The notes below the pieces were generated by a model that saw only the letters and a list, made by a program, of their open reading frames with translations, did not search any database and had not been told where the DNA came from. From Thermoanaerobaculia bacterium (lineage in GTDB: Bacteria; Acidobacteriota; Thermoanaerobaculia; UBA5066): a stretch of DNA of 64,000 nt. Location: assembly GCA_963719225.1 (NCBI GenBank), contig CAVRAY010000001.1, positions 2,752,001-2,816,000 of the forward strand, read 5' to 3'. Both the position numbers and the translations under genes were made by a program. This document shows, piece after piece, positions 29,456 to 38,929 of this stretch (position 1 is its first letter; the number at the start of each line of letters is the position of its first letter).

Positions 29456-30897
29456 GGCGACTCCCGGCCTTCCGAGGGCTCGCGGTCCCGGCGCAGGCCG
29501 TACCGGTCGATCTTCTTGTAGAGGTTCGAGCGTGGCGTGTCGATGGCCTCAGCCGTGCGCGTCACGTTCCCGGCGTTTTCCGCGAGCTTCGCGACGAGAA
29601 AGAGCTTCTCCGTCTCGTCCTGAAACTCCTGGAGCGTGGGGATCGAAAGGATCTTCTCCCACGTACCGGCGCTCGCGGCGGCCGCGGCCGCGTCGACCAC
29701 GCGCCCGCCCCGCACGACGACCGCGGGCGGCGCGTCCTCCACCCGCGGATAACTTCCCGAATCCACGTTCTGAGCGTCGAGGACGTCGGCGTCCGACATG
29801 ATCATGAGGCGCTCCACGTGGTTCTTCAGCTCGCGCACGTTCCCGGGCCAGGGGCGCGCCGCGAGCGCCTCGAGGGCGGTGTCGGTGAACCGCTTCGGCC
29901 GGTAGTTGTTCGTGCGGGCGAAGAGCTCCGCGAAGTGGTTGACGAGGACGGGGACGTCCTCGGGACGGTCGGCGAGCGTGGGCGTCCTCAGGACGAGGAC
30001 GTTGAGGCGGTAATAGAGATCCTCGCGGAACTTTCCATGCGCGATGAGCACCGTGAGGTCGCGGTTCGTCGCGGCGACGACGCGCACCTTGACCTTCACG
30101 ACGCGCGGGCTGCCCACGGGCTCGACTTCGCCCTCCTGCAGGACGCGGAGCACCTTCGCCTGCGCGGAGGCGGACATGTCTCCCACCTCGTCGAGAAAGA
30201 TCGTGCCGCCGTCCGCTTCCACGAACTTGCCCGTCTGCTTGCGGTCCGCGCCCGTGAACGAGCCGCGCTCGTGGCCGAAGAGCTCCGATTCGATGAGACT
30301 GTCCGGGATGGCGGCGCAGTTCACCTGGACGAACGGACCCGCCTTCACGAGCGAGCCCTCGTGGATGGCCCGCGCGACGAGCTCCTTGCCCGTCCCGCTC
30401 GGCCCCACGATGAGGACCGTCGCGGGCGTCGGCGCGGCCTTCGCGACGTCGGCGAGCAGGCGGCGGATCGCCTCGCTGTTCCCGACGATGCGCGTGATGC
30501 CGAGGCGCGACTTCAGCTCGAGGTTCTCGCGCACGAGGCGCGTCGAATCGAGGACGCGCCGGAGCGCGTTCAGGACGTGCTCGGACGAGAGGGGCTTCTC
30601 GAGGAAGTCCTCGGCCCCGGCGTGCACGGCGTCCATCGCCGTCTTCACGTCGCCGTGGCCCGAGATGACGATCACGGGCGTCGCGATCCCGCGCGCGCGC
30701 AGCTTCGCGAGCGTCTCGAGCCCGTCCTGGCCGGGCATCTTGATGTCGAGGAGCACGGCGTCGTGATCCGGCGCCTCGGAGACCGCGCTCGCTCCCGAGG
30801 CGACCGCGGTGACCTCGTATCCCTCTTCCGAGAGCAGCGTCCGGAGCGATTCGCGGATGTCGGGTTCGTCGTCGCAGACGAGGATGCGTCGCGCCAT
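29452..30897 (-). CDS. Sigma-54-dependent response regulator (NtrX/NtrC-like)
   Basis: Receiver domain (LLDIKMPG), GPSGTGKE, ESELFGHERGSFTGA, WPGNVREL, C-terminal Fis-type HTH. Confidence 0.93.
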   Translation of the reverse strand: MARRILVCDDEPDIRESLRTLLSEEGYEVTAVASGASAVSEAPDHDAVLLDIKMPGQDGLETLAKLRARGIATPVIVISGHGDVKTAMDAVHAGAEDFLEKPLSSEHVLNALRRVLDSTRLVRENLELKSRLGITRIVGNSEAIRRLLADVAKAAPTPATVLIVGPSGTGKELVARAIHEGSLVKAGPFVQVNCAAIPDSLIESELFGHERGSFTGADRKQTGKFVEADGGTIFLDEVGDMSASAQAKVLRVLQEGEVEPVGSPRVVKVKVRVVAATNRDLTVLIAHGKFREDLYYRLNVLVLRTPTLADRPEDVPVLVNHFAELFARTNNYRPKRFTDTALEALAARPWPGNVRELKNHVERLMIMSDADVLDAQNVDSGSYPRVEDAPPAVVVRGGRVVDAAAAAASAGTWEKILSIPTLQEFQDETEKLFLVAKLAENAGNVTRTAEAIDTPRSNLYKKIDRYGLRRDREPSEGRESP

Positions 30898-30907
30898 CCC
30901 GGCGATC

Positions 30908-31585
30908 CTAGCAGCCCGATGTAAGGGCGCGCCGCGCGTCGGCGAGGGCCGCGGCGGTTTCGGCCATTCCCCGCTCGAGGTTCTCCTGGGAGCGAAGAGA
31001 AAGAGATTCTTCGAATGCAGAAATGGCGGCTCGGAGGTGCGCCTCTCGCCTGTCGGGCTCTGCCTCGGCCAGCTTTCGGAGGAGATTTCCCAGGGCGTGA
31101 AGCGTCACCCCTCGCGCGACGCGGCGCGAGGCGTCGCGAACCGTGAGGGACTGCTCGTAACAGGAAAGCGACTCCCTGAGGTCGTCCTCCGAGCGCGCGA
31201 GATTCTGGAGGGCGTTGCCGCGGTTGTGAAAAAGGCGTGCCCACGCCTCCAGGTCTTCGCTTCCGTAACCGGCGTCGAGAGATTCTTCGAAGAGAAGGAG
31301 GGAGGAGGAGAGGTTTTCGGCCGGCCCACGCGAGCCGAAGAACACCGCGAGGTTGTGCAGGAACCTCGCCTCTTCCCCCTTCGAAGAAAAAACCACCGTT
31401 CCCCTCATGTCCCACAGGTCGCTCGCGAGGGTCGTCGCCAAGGCACAAGATTCCGTCGTCCCCTCGTCCCTCAGGTGCTCCTGGAGCACGTACCAGTCGC
31501 TCAACGCGGCACGGGCGTCCTCCGCGAACCGCCGGCGGAAGAAGGCGACGAGGTCGCGGGTCGGAGGGAGATCGATGCCCGTCAG
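30908..31585 (-). CDS. Hypothetical TPR-like protein
   Basis: Helical repeats ARFLHNLA, ARLFHNRGNA, TLHALGNL; the frame extends to a CTG overlapping the cysK stop (TTG alternative at 31504). Confidence 0.65.
   Translation of the reverse strand: MTGIDLPPTRDLVAFFRRRFAEDARAALSDWYVLQEHLRDEGTTESCALATTLASDLWDMRGTVVFSSKGEEARFLHNLAVFFGSRGPAENLSSSLLLFEESLDAGYGSEDLEAWARLFHNRGNALQNLARSEDDLRESLSCYEQSLTVRDASRRVARGVTLHALGNLLRKLAEAEPDRREAHLRAAISAFEESLSLRSQENLERGMAETAAALADARRALTSGC
31281..31390. repeat. Convergent pair of the dispersed motif (degenerate)
   Basis: GATTCTTCGAAGAGAA (31281, +) and TTCCCCCTTCGAAGAAAA (31373-31390, -); a further + copy near 31005. Confidence 0.6.
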
Positions 31586-32526
31586 GCCGGAAGCTCGTCG
31601 CTTCCTTCGGTGATCCCCTCGAAGAGGATCGTCGAGAGGTAGCGCTCACCCGTGTCGGGCAGCATCGCGAGGAGGACGGAGCCCTTCGGCGCCTTCTCGG
31701 CCACCTTGCGTGCCGCGGCGAACGTGCCACCCGAGGAGATCCCGCAGAAGATGCCTTCCTTGAAGGCGAGCTCGCGTGCCGCGTCCCGCGCCTCGACGTC
31801 GGTCACGAGGACGACCTCGTCGTAGACGTTGCGGTTGAAGACGGCCGGGACGAAATCCGGGAGCCAGCCCTGGATCTTGTGAGGCGCCCATTCGCCCTTC
31901 GAGACGAGGGGCGCGCCGGCCGGCTCCGTATAGATGATCTTGACCTCGGGGCGGGCCAGCTTCAGCACCTCGCCCGCGCCCGTGATCGTGCCCCCGGTGC
32001 CGATGCCCGACACGAAGTAGTCGAGCCGCCGGCTCGCGAAGTCGCGCAGGATCTCGGGGCCGGTCGTCTGGCGGTGATACGCGGGATTCGACGGGTTCTC
32101 GAACTGCTGCGGAAGGAACCAGCCGTGCTTGTCGGCCAGCTCCTTGGCCTTCTTGACCATTCCGGTGCCGCGCTCGGCCGCGGGATGAAGGATCACTTTC
32201 GCGCCGAGGCCCTTCATGAGCTTCCGGCGCTCGACCGAGAACGAGTCCGACATGATCGCGACGAAGGGATAACCCTTCACCGCGCACACCATCGCGAGCG
32301 CGATTCCGGTGTTGCCCGACGTCGGCTCGATGACCGTCTGGCCCGGCTTCAGGACGCCGCGCTTCTCGGCGTCCTCGATCATCGCGATCGCGAGGCGATC
32401 CTTCACCGAGCTCATCGGATTGAAGGCCTCGCACTTGACGTAGATCGTCGTTCCCGCCGGCGCGAGGCGGTTGATGCGAACGACCGGAGTGTTTCCGATT
32501 GTGCCGAGGATGCTGTCGTGAATCAT
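31582..32526 (-). CDS. cysK: Cysteine synthase A
   Basis: IGNTPVV, NPMSSVKDR (PLP lysine), EPTSGNTG, GIGTGGT, PHKIQG, PDTGERYLST. Confidence 0.95.
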   Translation of the reverse strand: MIHDSILGTIGNTPVVRINRLAPAGTTIYVKCEAFNPMSSVKDRLAIAMIEDAEKRGVLKPGQTVIEPTSGNTGIALAMVCAVKGYPFVAIMSDSFSVERRKLMKGLGAKVILHPAAERGTGMVKKAKELADKHGWFLPQQFENPSNPAYHRQTTGPEILRDFASRRLDYFVSGIGTGGTITGAGEVLKLARPEVKIIYTEPAGAPLVSKGEWAPHKIQGWLPDFVPAVFNRNVYDEVVLVTDVEARDAARELAFKEGIFCGISSGGTFAAARKVAEKAPKGSVLLAMLPDTGERYLSTILFEGITEGSDELPA

Positions 32527-32562
32527 GCCGTCCTCCCGAGGGCCGGAATCATAGCGCCACGC

Positions 32563-33039
32563 TCACTGCGCCAGCTTCCACTTGCCGCCTTCGAGCACGA
32601 AGGGAATGGCGATGGTGTTCGACGACGAGCTCACGGTCCCGGGCTCCGACGACTTCTGCTCGACCTGGACGACGTTGAGCGTCGCACGCGAATCGTCTTC
32701 GATGATGAGAATGCCGCCGGCCTGGATCCCGGCCGCGAGGGCTGCCTTCTTCGGCAGCATCTTCTTTCGGAAAGCCGTGCTCTCGGCCCGCTCGCTCGCG
32801 GGGAGGGCTTTCCAGTCGGCTTGTGCCTTGCTGCTGGCGAGCTTCATCGCATCGTCCATCCGGCCGCCGTGGAGAGCCTCCGCATACCTCAACGCGAGGT
32901 CACCGACGGGATGCTTCAGGATCTCGGCCCCCTGAATCCGCCTCTCCTTCGCGGGCTCGGCCGAGTCCGCCGAAAGTGCCGCAAAAACCCCAAGGATGAG
33001 CATCGGAAGGACCGCCACGCGCACGGCTGTCTTTTTCAT
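32563..33039 (-). CDS. Hypothetical secreted protein (NTF2-like C-terminal pattern)
   Basis: Signal peptide, GGGAG RBS, terminal FVLEGGKWKL. Confidence 0.7.
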   Translation of the reverse strand: MKKTAVRVAVLPMLILGVFAALSADSAEPAKERRIQGAEILKHPVGDLALRYAEALHGGRMDDAMKLASSKAQADWKALPASERAESTAFRKKMLPKKAALAAGIQAGGILIIEDDSRATLNVVQVEQKSSEPGTVSSSSNTIAIPFVLEGGKWKLAQ

Positions 33040-33147
33040 GGATTCTCCCTTTCATAAGGCTACCCTATTCCGCGGGAGCGTCTGGATCCCGGCCCTCGAA
33101 GCGTCAAGTCCGCGAAGCGTCAAGAACAGTTAGGGAAGGAGTTTCGA

Positions 33148-33963
33148 ATGAGAGTCCTCACGATGTCCGTCCTTCTGCTCGTCGCCATGTCGACAACCTC
33201 CATTTCGGCAGACCAACCGACGGATCCGGGACGGAGGCCCCTCGGAGAAGAATCGCGGTCCGCGCGAACCGCGGAGGGCAGGCAGGCGCTCGCCGTGGGC
33301 GCCGTGTCACATCTTCTGCTCCCGACCTCCGCCAACGTCCACGGCAATTTCGGCGCCTTCTTCAAGACGAAGGTGAGCATCTTCAACGCCGTGAACGCCA
33401 CCTACAGCATCCGGGTGGGGTTGAGCGTCTCGACCGGCGAGATCGCGCACGCCTTCATCATCCTGTCACCCGGTCAGACCCGGACCTTCGACAACATCCT
33501 CGACGATCTCTTCGGCTATACCGGCGGCGCCGCGATCGATCTCGACAGCCAGAACACGTCGTTCCGGTTCATCGTGAATGCCCAGGTCTACGTGGACACG
33601 ACGAACGGCCGCTACACGACGGCGTTTCAGTTCGCCGACGACCTCGGGGACATCACGCCCTCCCGCCCGGGCTACGTGGTCGGCGTCTCGGTCAACGCGA
33701 CGAAACGTACGAACGTCGGATGCGCCAGCAACAGTGCCTCCCCTCAGACGATCAGGTTTCAGGGGTTCGATGCGAACAACTTCGCCGTCGGAAGCGAGCT
33801 GAGCTTCACGCTCGCCGGCTTCGGCTGGGCCCAGTACGCGGCGAATTTCACGCTCACGAACGGAGGGATCTACATCACCGCGTCGGACAACGCCGTCTGC
33901 TACGCGGTCGAGGTGGACAACAACACGAACGACGGCACGTTCCAGCTCGCGACGCCGTTCTAG
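33148..33963 (+). CDS. Hypothetical secreted protein
   Basis: AAGGAG RBS, signal peptide, LLLPTSANVHGNFGAFFKTKVSIFN, VDNNTNDG. Confidence 0.8.
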   Translation: MRVLTMSVLLLVAMSTTSISADQPTDPGRRPLGEESRSARTAEGRQALAVGAVSHLLLPTSANVHGNFGAFFKTKVSIFNAVNATYSIRVGLSVSTGEIAHAFIILSPGQTRTFDNILDDLFGYTGGAAIDLDSQNTSFRFIVNAQVYVDTTNGRYTTAFQFADDLGDITPSRPGYVVGVSVNATKRTNVGCASNSASPQTIRFQGFDANNFAVGSELSFTLAGFGWAQYAANFTLTNGGIYITASDNAVCYAVEVDNNTNDGTFQLATPF

Positions 33964-33990
33964 GACCGCGAGGCCGGTTCGACGCCGGCT

Positions 33991-34422
33991 TTACTGCTCG
34001 AGTCCTCTGCCGAAGGCGTCCAGCCCGTTGCCCGCGGTCGCCATGGCCGAGCAGTAGGCGTCGATGCTCTTCGTGGCGGGGACGCCGTCGTCGTCGTAAC
34101 GAACTTCCAGGTGGAGGTACGGCGCAGGCGACATCCACCCTTCGAACTGCGTGGGCTCCACGCGGCTGACGCTCGACCAGCGGTCCGGCGGATAGCCGGG
34201 CTTGACCGCGGTCAACGTCCACTCCACGACGAAGGCCGTCGGCCCGACATTCGTCACCATGACCCACGTCTGGCCCTTCGCATCGCAGTACGAGAAGAGA
34301 TTCAGCGCGGAGTCGTCGACTCTCTGGGGGGCATGAAGTCCCACGGAGGGTTGGGCCGCGTGGCGGACCGGGAGATGCGGGGCCCGCAGCGTGAGGGCGG
34401 TGGCGAGAAGGGGGGCGATCAT
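33991..34422 (-). CDS. Hypothetical secreted protein
   Basis: GGAGG RBS before ATG 34422, signal-like N-terminus, two Cys. Confidence 0.6.
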   Translation of the reverse strand: MIAPLLATALTLRAPHLPVRHAAQPSVGLHAPQRVDDSALNLFSYCDAKGQTWVMVTNVGPTAFVVEWTLTAVKPGYPPDRWSSVSRVEPTQFEGWMSPAPYLHLEVRYDDDGVPATKSIDAYCSAMATAGNGLDAFGRGLEQ

Positions 34423-34559
34423 GGCCGTTCCTCCTCTCTCGGCACGATTTCTCGTGCCAGTCATCCGTCCGTTGCAACAAGCGCGCCGGGGCTGTCTGGA
34501 GCGTTCTTCCAAACTGTGAGGCGCGTCATGGGCGCGATGCTCCGCGGCGGAGAAAGGAG

Positions 34560-34658
34560 TGGCGGAAGCGTGTGGGGGTCGAACCCACCCGCCGCCCCTC
34601 TCGGAGCGGGCACGCTGGTTTTGAAGACCAGGAGGGCCGCCGGGCCCCTTGCGCTTCC
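34560..34658 (-). tRNA. selC: tRNA-Sec (UCA)
   Basis: Reverse complement reads GGAAGCGC...CTGGT-CTTCAAA-ACCAG...GTGGG-TTCGACC-CCCAC-ACGCTTCC-G-CCA; 6-bp D stem, long variable arm, encoded CCA; TAGAAT upstream. Confidence 0.95.
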
Positions 34659-34711
34659 GCGGCAGATTCTACCGGGCATGCCTTCTGCAAACGTGGATCG
34701 CGTGTTTCCAG

Positions 34712-34738
34712 TCATCCGGCGCTGAGGGGAATTTCGTA
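34712..34738 (+). promoter_or_regulatory. Putative ECF-sigma promoter of the DUF4331 operon
   Basis: TCATCC-N17-CGTA, matching the element in front of the ECF gene. Confidence 0.55.
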
Positions 34739-34833
34739 CAAGGCAGCGAATGTCGCCCGTGCACCACGTCCGAGACGCTTAATCGATCGCCAAGCGGGAA
34801 CGAACCACGTTCGAACCACCCCAAGGAGGTCCC

Positions 34834-36492
34834 ATGTCCAGAACGGGAGAACTGCGTTTACGCGGCATCGTCACGGCCGTCACGGCCGGAATCCTGGCGG
34901 CCGCCGCGCTCCTCGCGCCTACCCCGGCGCTCGCGTCCAGCCACAACGAGGCCCCCTTCACGTCCCGGAACCCCAGCCTCGACGACACGGACTTCTACAT
35001 GTTCCGGGACCCGAACGACCCCTCGATGGTGAACCTGATCGCCTGTCGCTACGGGCTCATCGAGCCGCAGGGCGGCCCGAATTACGCGGGCTTCCAGGAC
35101 GGCGCCTGGTACGACATCAAGATCGACAACAACGGCGACGGCGTCGAGGACATCACGTACCGCTTCACGTTCAAGACCACGTACAAGGACCCGAACACGT
35201 TCCTCTACGCGCTCCCGGGCCTGACGTCGTTCACGGATCCGAACCTCCTCGTGACACAGACGTACACGCTCGACCGGATCGCGGGCCCTGCGGGAAACCC
35301 GTCGGCCGGCCAGATCACGCGGATCCTCACGGATCAGCCGGTGGTCCCGCCGTACATCGGCCCCAAGACGTTTCCGAATTACGTGAGCCTGCCGAACGGC
35401 ATCCAGAAGACCGCGGACGGCAAGACCTCCGTCTTCGTCGGCCCCCGGCAGGATCCCTTCTTCGTGGACCTCGGCATGGTCTTCGACGCGGTCAACCTCG
35501 AGGTCGGCGCCGGTAACGGCCGGCCGGGCGTGGGCGTCGGCGCCACGGGAAGCGGCCGGGACACCCTGTTCGGCTACACGGTCCTTTCGACGGCTCTCCA
35601 GGTTCCCATCGCGAACCTCACCTCCGTCGGCTTTCAGGTCGGCGACCCGACGAACTCGGTCGCCGTCATCGGGGGGTGGGCCTCGGTCAGCATCCCCGCC
35701 ACGCGCACGATCAACCCCGACGGCACGATCACGTCCGGCACCAACTACATCCAGGTCTCGCGGCTCGGCAACCCGCTCGTGAACGAGGTCCTCGTCGGCG
35801 TGGGCCGCAAGGACAGGTGGAATTCCGTCGGGCCGGCGAACGAATCCTTCTTCCAGGGGAACGCCACGACCCCGGGCGAGCTCTTCCCGATCCTCGCGAC
35901 GTACATGACGGTGCTCTTCCCCGGCGTCAACGTGCCTCCTGGCCCCCGCGGGGACATCGAGCTCGCGCTCTTCCGCGGCCTCGGGCCCGCGGCCGCCGCC
36001 CAGTTCGGGGTCCAGATCAACTCGCACCCGGGCGAGGTGTACGCGGACGAGCTCCGGCTGAACACGGCCGTCGCGCCGACTCCCTTCTCGAGCGCGAACC
36101 GGCTCGGGTACCTGGGCGGCGACGCCGCCGGTTTCCCGAACGGCCGGCGGCCCTGCGACGACGTCGTGGACGTCGAGCTGCGCGTCGTCGCGGGCGTTCT
36201 CGTCGGACCGCCCTTCAACGCTTCGCCGAACAGCCTCCTCGGAGACGGAGTGGACTTCCCGGAGCGCGGCTGCCGGTACAATTTCCCCTACATGTGGTCG
36301 CCCACGAGCGGCTTCGCGGCCTTCCACGCCGGCCCGCCGCAGGCAGCGCACAACGCTCAGGTGAAGGGAATTCGCGATTCCAGCGCCAAGGGCTTTCCCG
36401 AAGGCATCACCGACGAGGAGTTCGCCGAGCGCGTCCGCATCGCCCGCGATCGCGACGACCTCGCGAAGATCCAGCCCGTGGACCTCAAGTAA
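34834..36492 (+). CDS. DUF4331 domain-containing secreted protein
   Basis: ASSHNEAP, DDTDFYMF, GPRQDPFFVDL, QVSRLGNPLVNE, GFPNGRRPCDDVVD; AAGGAGG RBS. Confidence 0.92.
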   Translation: MSRTGELRLRGIVTAVTAGILAAAALLAPTPALASSHNEAPFTSRNPSLDDTDFYMFRDPNDPSMVNLIACRYGLIEPQGGPNYAGFQDGAWYDIKIDNNGDGVEDITYRFTFKTTYKDPNTFLYALPGLTSFTDPNLLVTQTYTLDRIAGPAGNPSAGQITRILTDQPVVPPYIGPKTFPNYVSLPNGIQKTADGKTSVFVGPRQDPFFVDLGMVFDAVNLEVGAGNGRPGVGVGATGSGRDTLFGYTVLSTALQVPIANLTSVGFQVGDPTNSVAVIGGWASVSIPATRTINPDGTITSGTNYIQVSRLGNPLVNEVLVGVGRKDRWNSVGPANESFFQGNATTPGELFPILATYMTVLFPGVNVPPGPRGDIELALFRGLGPAAAAQFGVQINSHPGEVYADELRLNTAVAPTPFSSANRLGYLGGDAAGFPNGRRPCDDVVDVELRVVAGVLVGPPFNASPNSLLGDGVDFPERGCRYNFPYMWSPTSGFAAFHAGPPQAAHNAQVKGIRDSSAKGFPEGITDEEFAERVRIARDRDDLAKIQPVDLK

Positions 36493-36501
36493 GCTCTTTT
36501 C

Positions 36502-37707
36502 GTGCATCCTCTCCGGCCGCCGCTCTCCCTTTTCGTGCGGGCGGCGGCCGCCGCGCTTCTCCTGCCCTTCGCCGTGAGGGGAGCCGAACCCGGAGGGAAG
36601 AACGGCCCGCTCGCGCTCGCCGAAGAGCGATACCAGCGCTATCGGAGGACGCTCGATCCCTCCGACCTCGCCGCTTCCGAGGCCGCGGTGGCGAAAGGCC
36701 TCGCCGCCGCGCCGACCGACTTCGGCCTCCGAAAATTCCGGCTGAGGCTCCTCCTTCCCCACCACCGCTTCGAGGAGCTGGCGCGCGAGGCCGCGGCGCT
36801 GAAGGCGGAACGGCCGGACGACCCGGAGCTGGACGGCGCGCTCGGGGACGCGTTCTTCGAAGTCGGCCGCTATCCGGAGGCCTTCGCCGCCTACGACCGC
36901 TTCGTGGCGGCAAAGCGCTGCACGGCTTCGTTCAGCCGCGCCGCTCTCGCGAAAGACGCCGTGGGCGACCTCCCGGGCGCGCTCGCCGCGCTGGACCTCG
37001 CCGCGAACGCCGCGCTGCCCGCGGACCTCGAGGGCTACGCCTGGTGCCGGGCGCGCGCCGCCCGGATCCTGCTCAAGATGAACCGGTACGAAGACGCGGA
37101 AGGGCGCCTCGTCGAAGCCCTCCTCCGTGTTCCGAATCACGCGCCGGCGCTCGCCGCCGCGGCGGAGATCGCGGCCCGCAAGGGACTCTGGGAGCCGGCC
37201 ACGCGTCTCGCCGAGCGCTCCTTCTCCTTCGTGCCCGAGTTCTCCGTCGCCGCCGCTCTCGTCGACTATCGGCGCGCGATGGGCGACGTCGCCGGCGAGG
37301 AGCGCGCGAAGGCGACCGTGAAGACCCTCGAGGCGCTTCTTCCCGCCGCGGAGAAGAAGGTCCATCGCCTCCTCGCGTTGTATCTGGCGGAGCACGGCGA
37401 CGCCAAGCGGGCGGTCGAGATGACGTCGAGGGAGCTCGAGACCCGCAAGGACATCGGCGGATACGACGCGTATGCGTGGTGCCTGTACCGGGCCGGACGT
37501 GCCCGCGATGCCGTGGAGCCCATGGCGAAAGCCCTCGCGACCGGTACGATCGACCCCGTGCTCGAGTTCCACGCGGGCGCGATCGCCCGAGCAGCGGGCG
37601 ATTGCCAGTCGGCCGTGAAGCACCTCACGCGCGCGCTGGAAATCGACTCGCGCTTCCACGTGCTCCATGCGGAAGAAGCGAGGAGGATGAAGAAAGAGAT
37701 CGAATGA
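36502..37707 (+). CDS. Tetratricopeptide repeat protein (DUF4331-associated)
   Basis: LHHRF-like segment, LGDAFFEVGRY, YDAYAWCLYRAGR, FHAGAI helical repeats. Confidence 0.85.
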   Translation: MHPLRPPLSLFVRAAAAALLLPFAVRGAEPGGKNGPLALAEERYQRYRRTLDPSDLAASEAAVAKGLAAAPTDFGLRKFRLRLLLPHHRFEELAREAAALKAERPDDPELDGALGDAFFEVGRYPEAFAAYDRFVAAKRCTASFSRAALAKDAVGDLPGALAALDLAANAALPADLEGYAWCRARAARILLKMNRYEDAEGRLVEALLRVPNHAPALAAAAEIAARKGLWEPATRLAERSFSFVPEFSVAAALVDYRRAMGDVAGEERAKATVKTLEALLPAAEKKVHRLLALYLAEHGDAKRAVEMTSRELETRKDIGGYDAYAWCLYRAGRARDAVEPMAKALATGTIDPVLEFHAGAIARAAGDCQSAVKHLTRALEIDSRFHVLHAEEARRMKKEIE

Positions 37708-38324
37708 GAAAATCTTCCTCTGTATTTCTTTTCCTCTTTCTTCTCCTCTCTTCAGCAAAATCTTTCTCCCATCCCATGGGGAATTTCTCCGTGAACCGCT
37801 GGACGCGGCTTTCGCCGCGCGCGGGGGGCATCGACGTGACGCACGTCATCGACCTCGCGGAGATCCCGACGCAGAAGGCGCTTTCGGACTCGAACCTGAC
37901 GAGCGCGCCGCGAGGCGAGGCGCTCGCGAAGCTGCGGGACGCGCTCGGCGCGCGCTTTCTGCCGGGCTTGGTTCTCACCGTCGACGGCGCGCGCGTGGCG
38001 CTCGCGGTCGTGAGAAGCGATCTGGAGTTCACCCCGGGAGTCGCGGACCTCCCGACCGCGCGCCTGACGCTGGACCTCGAGGCGAAGGCACTGCTCGAGG
38101 GCGTCAGGGCCGTGGCGTTCTCGGATACGAACTTCGAAGGCCGCGCGGGCTGGAAGGAAGTCGTCGCGGTAGCCGGAAAAGGGGCCGCGATTCTCGCCGC
38201 CGACGTGCCCGCCTCGGACCGCACCCGGGGGCTGACCGAATACCCGACCGACCCGTCGGAGCCGCCGGCGGAGGTCACGCGCGCGGCGTTGCGCGTGAGG
38301 TTCGGCGCAGGGCGGGTCCCCTGA
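37704..38324 (+). CDS. Secreted protein resembling the HP(L/M)GNF N-terminal domain of Ni/Co transporter fusions
   Basis: Signal peptide then HPMGNFSVN...DLAEIPT...GWKEVVA...LTEYP; no membrane transporter domain follows. Confidence 0.6.
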   Translation: MRKSSSVFLFLFLLLSSAKSFSHPMGNFSVNRWTRLSPRAGGIDVTHVIDLAEIPTQKALSDSNLTSAPRGEALAKLRDALGARFLPGLVLTVDGARVALAVVRSDLEFTPGVADLPTARLTLDLEAKALLEGVRAVAFSDTNFEGRAGWKEVVAVAGKGAAILAADVPASDRTRGLTEYPTDPSEPPAEVTRAALRVRFGAGRVP

Positions 38325-38929
38325 TGCAGCTCGTGGACCCGCCGGGACGCGTCGTGCGCCCGCCGAGCGCCGCCCGGGAAGCCGCGGGCGTAGCAGCCGC
38401 ACTCGCGATCGTGCTGGCCGCCGGGGCATTGCGCGTCCTGACGCTGGACCGTTCGAGCGCGTCCGCGGCGATTCCGGCCACGACGGCGCTCGAGGGGACC
38501 GATCAGACGCTCTTCCAGGCGATCCTGGTCTCGGTCGACGCCATCGCGGACCTGAAACGAAGAACCGGTGCCTGGCCGGACGTCGCGGCTCTCGCCGCGG
38601 ACGACGTCCCCCCGTTTGCGCCCGCGCTCCTTCCCGCCGAGGCGCGCGGCCTAGATTGGAAACGGCGCGTCGACGGCACGTCCGCGGACTACGCGGGGCT
38701 CGACCCGAAGGGCCGCCGAACGGCGTTCCTGCTCCGCGTCTCCGAGAGGTCGACGAGCGGCCTCGACCAGGGCACGCCCACGCGTGCCGCGCGCGCGGGG
38801 CCGCGTGTCGCGGCCGAAGTATGGATCGTCAAGGGCGGCACCGCGCTGCCCGGCGCTTATCCCGCGACCGACGGCTGGTTTCAGCTCGTCGCGCTCGACG
38901 GCGAGGCCGGAGCAGGAGCGCGGCGGTGA
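38324..38929 (+). CDS. DUF6162 / FpvK-like membrane-anchored protein
   Basis: VVRPPSAARE plus one TM, WPDVAALAADDVPPFA, EVWI, GW; directly precedes the metal SBP. Confidence 0.6.
   Translation: MQLVDPPGRVVRPPSAAREAAGVAAALAIVLAAGALRVLTLDRSSASAAIPATTALEGTDQTLFQAILVSVDAIADLKRRTGAWPDVAALAADDVPPFAPALLPAEARGLDWKRRVDGTSADYAGLDPKGRRTAFLLRVSERSTSGLDQGTPTRAARAGPRVAAEVWIVKGGTALPGAYPATDGWFQLVALDGEAGAGARR

Noticed and set aside
34441-34459. TGGCACG suggesting a sigma-54 promoter, within the palindrome GGCACGA-TTTC-TCGTGCC
   Set aside because: No GC at the -12 position on either strand; only a 7-bp hairpin.
32563-34559. Genomic island integrated at the selC 3' end
   Set aside because: Only short hypothetical genes; no integrase and no duplicated tRNA 3' end were found.
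38322-38324. Selenocysteine read-through of TGA stops in the window
   Set aside because: No TGA was seen at a conserved Cys position with continuing homology; most TGA stops overlap the next start codon.
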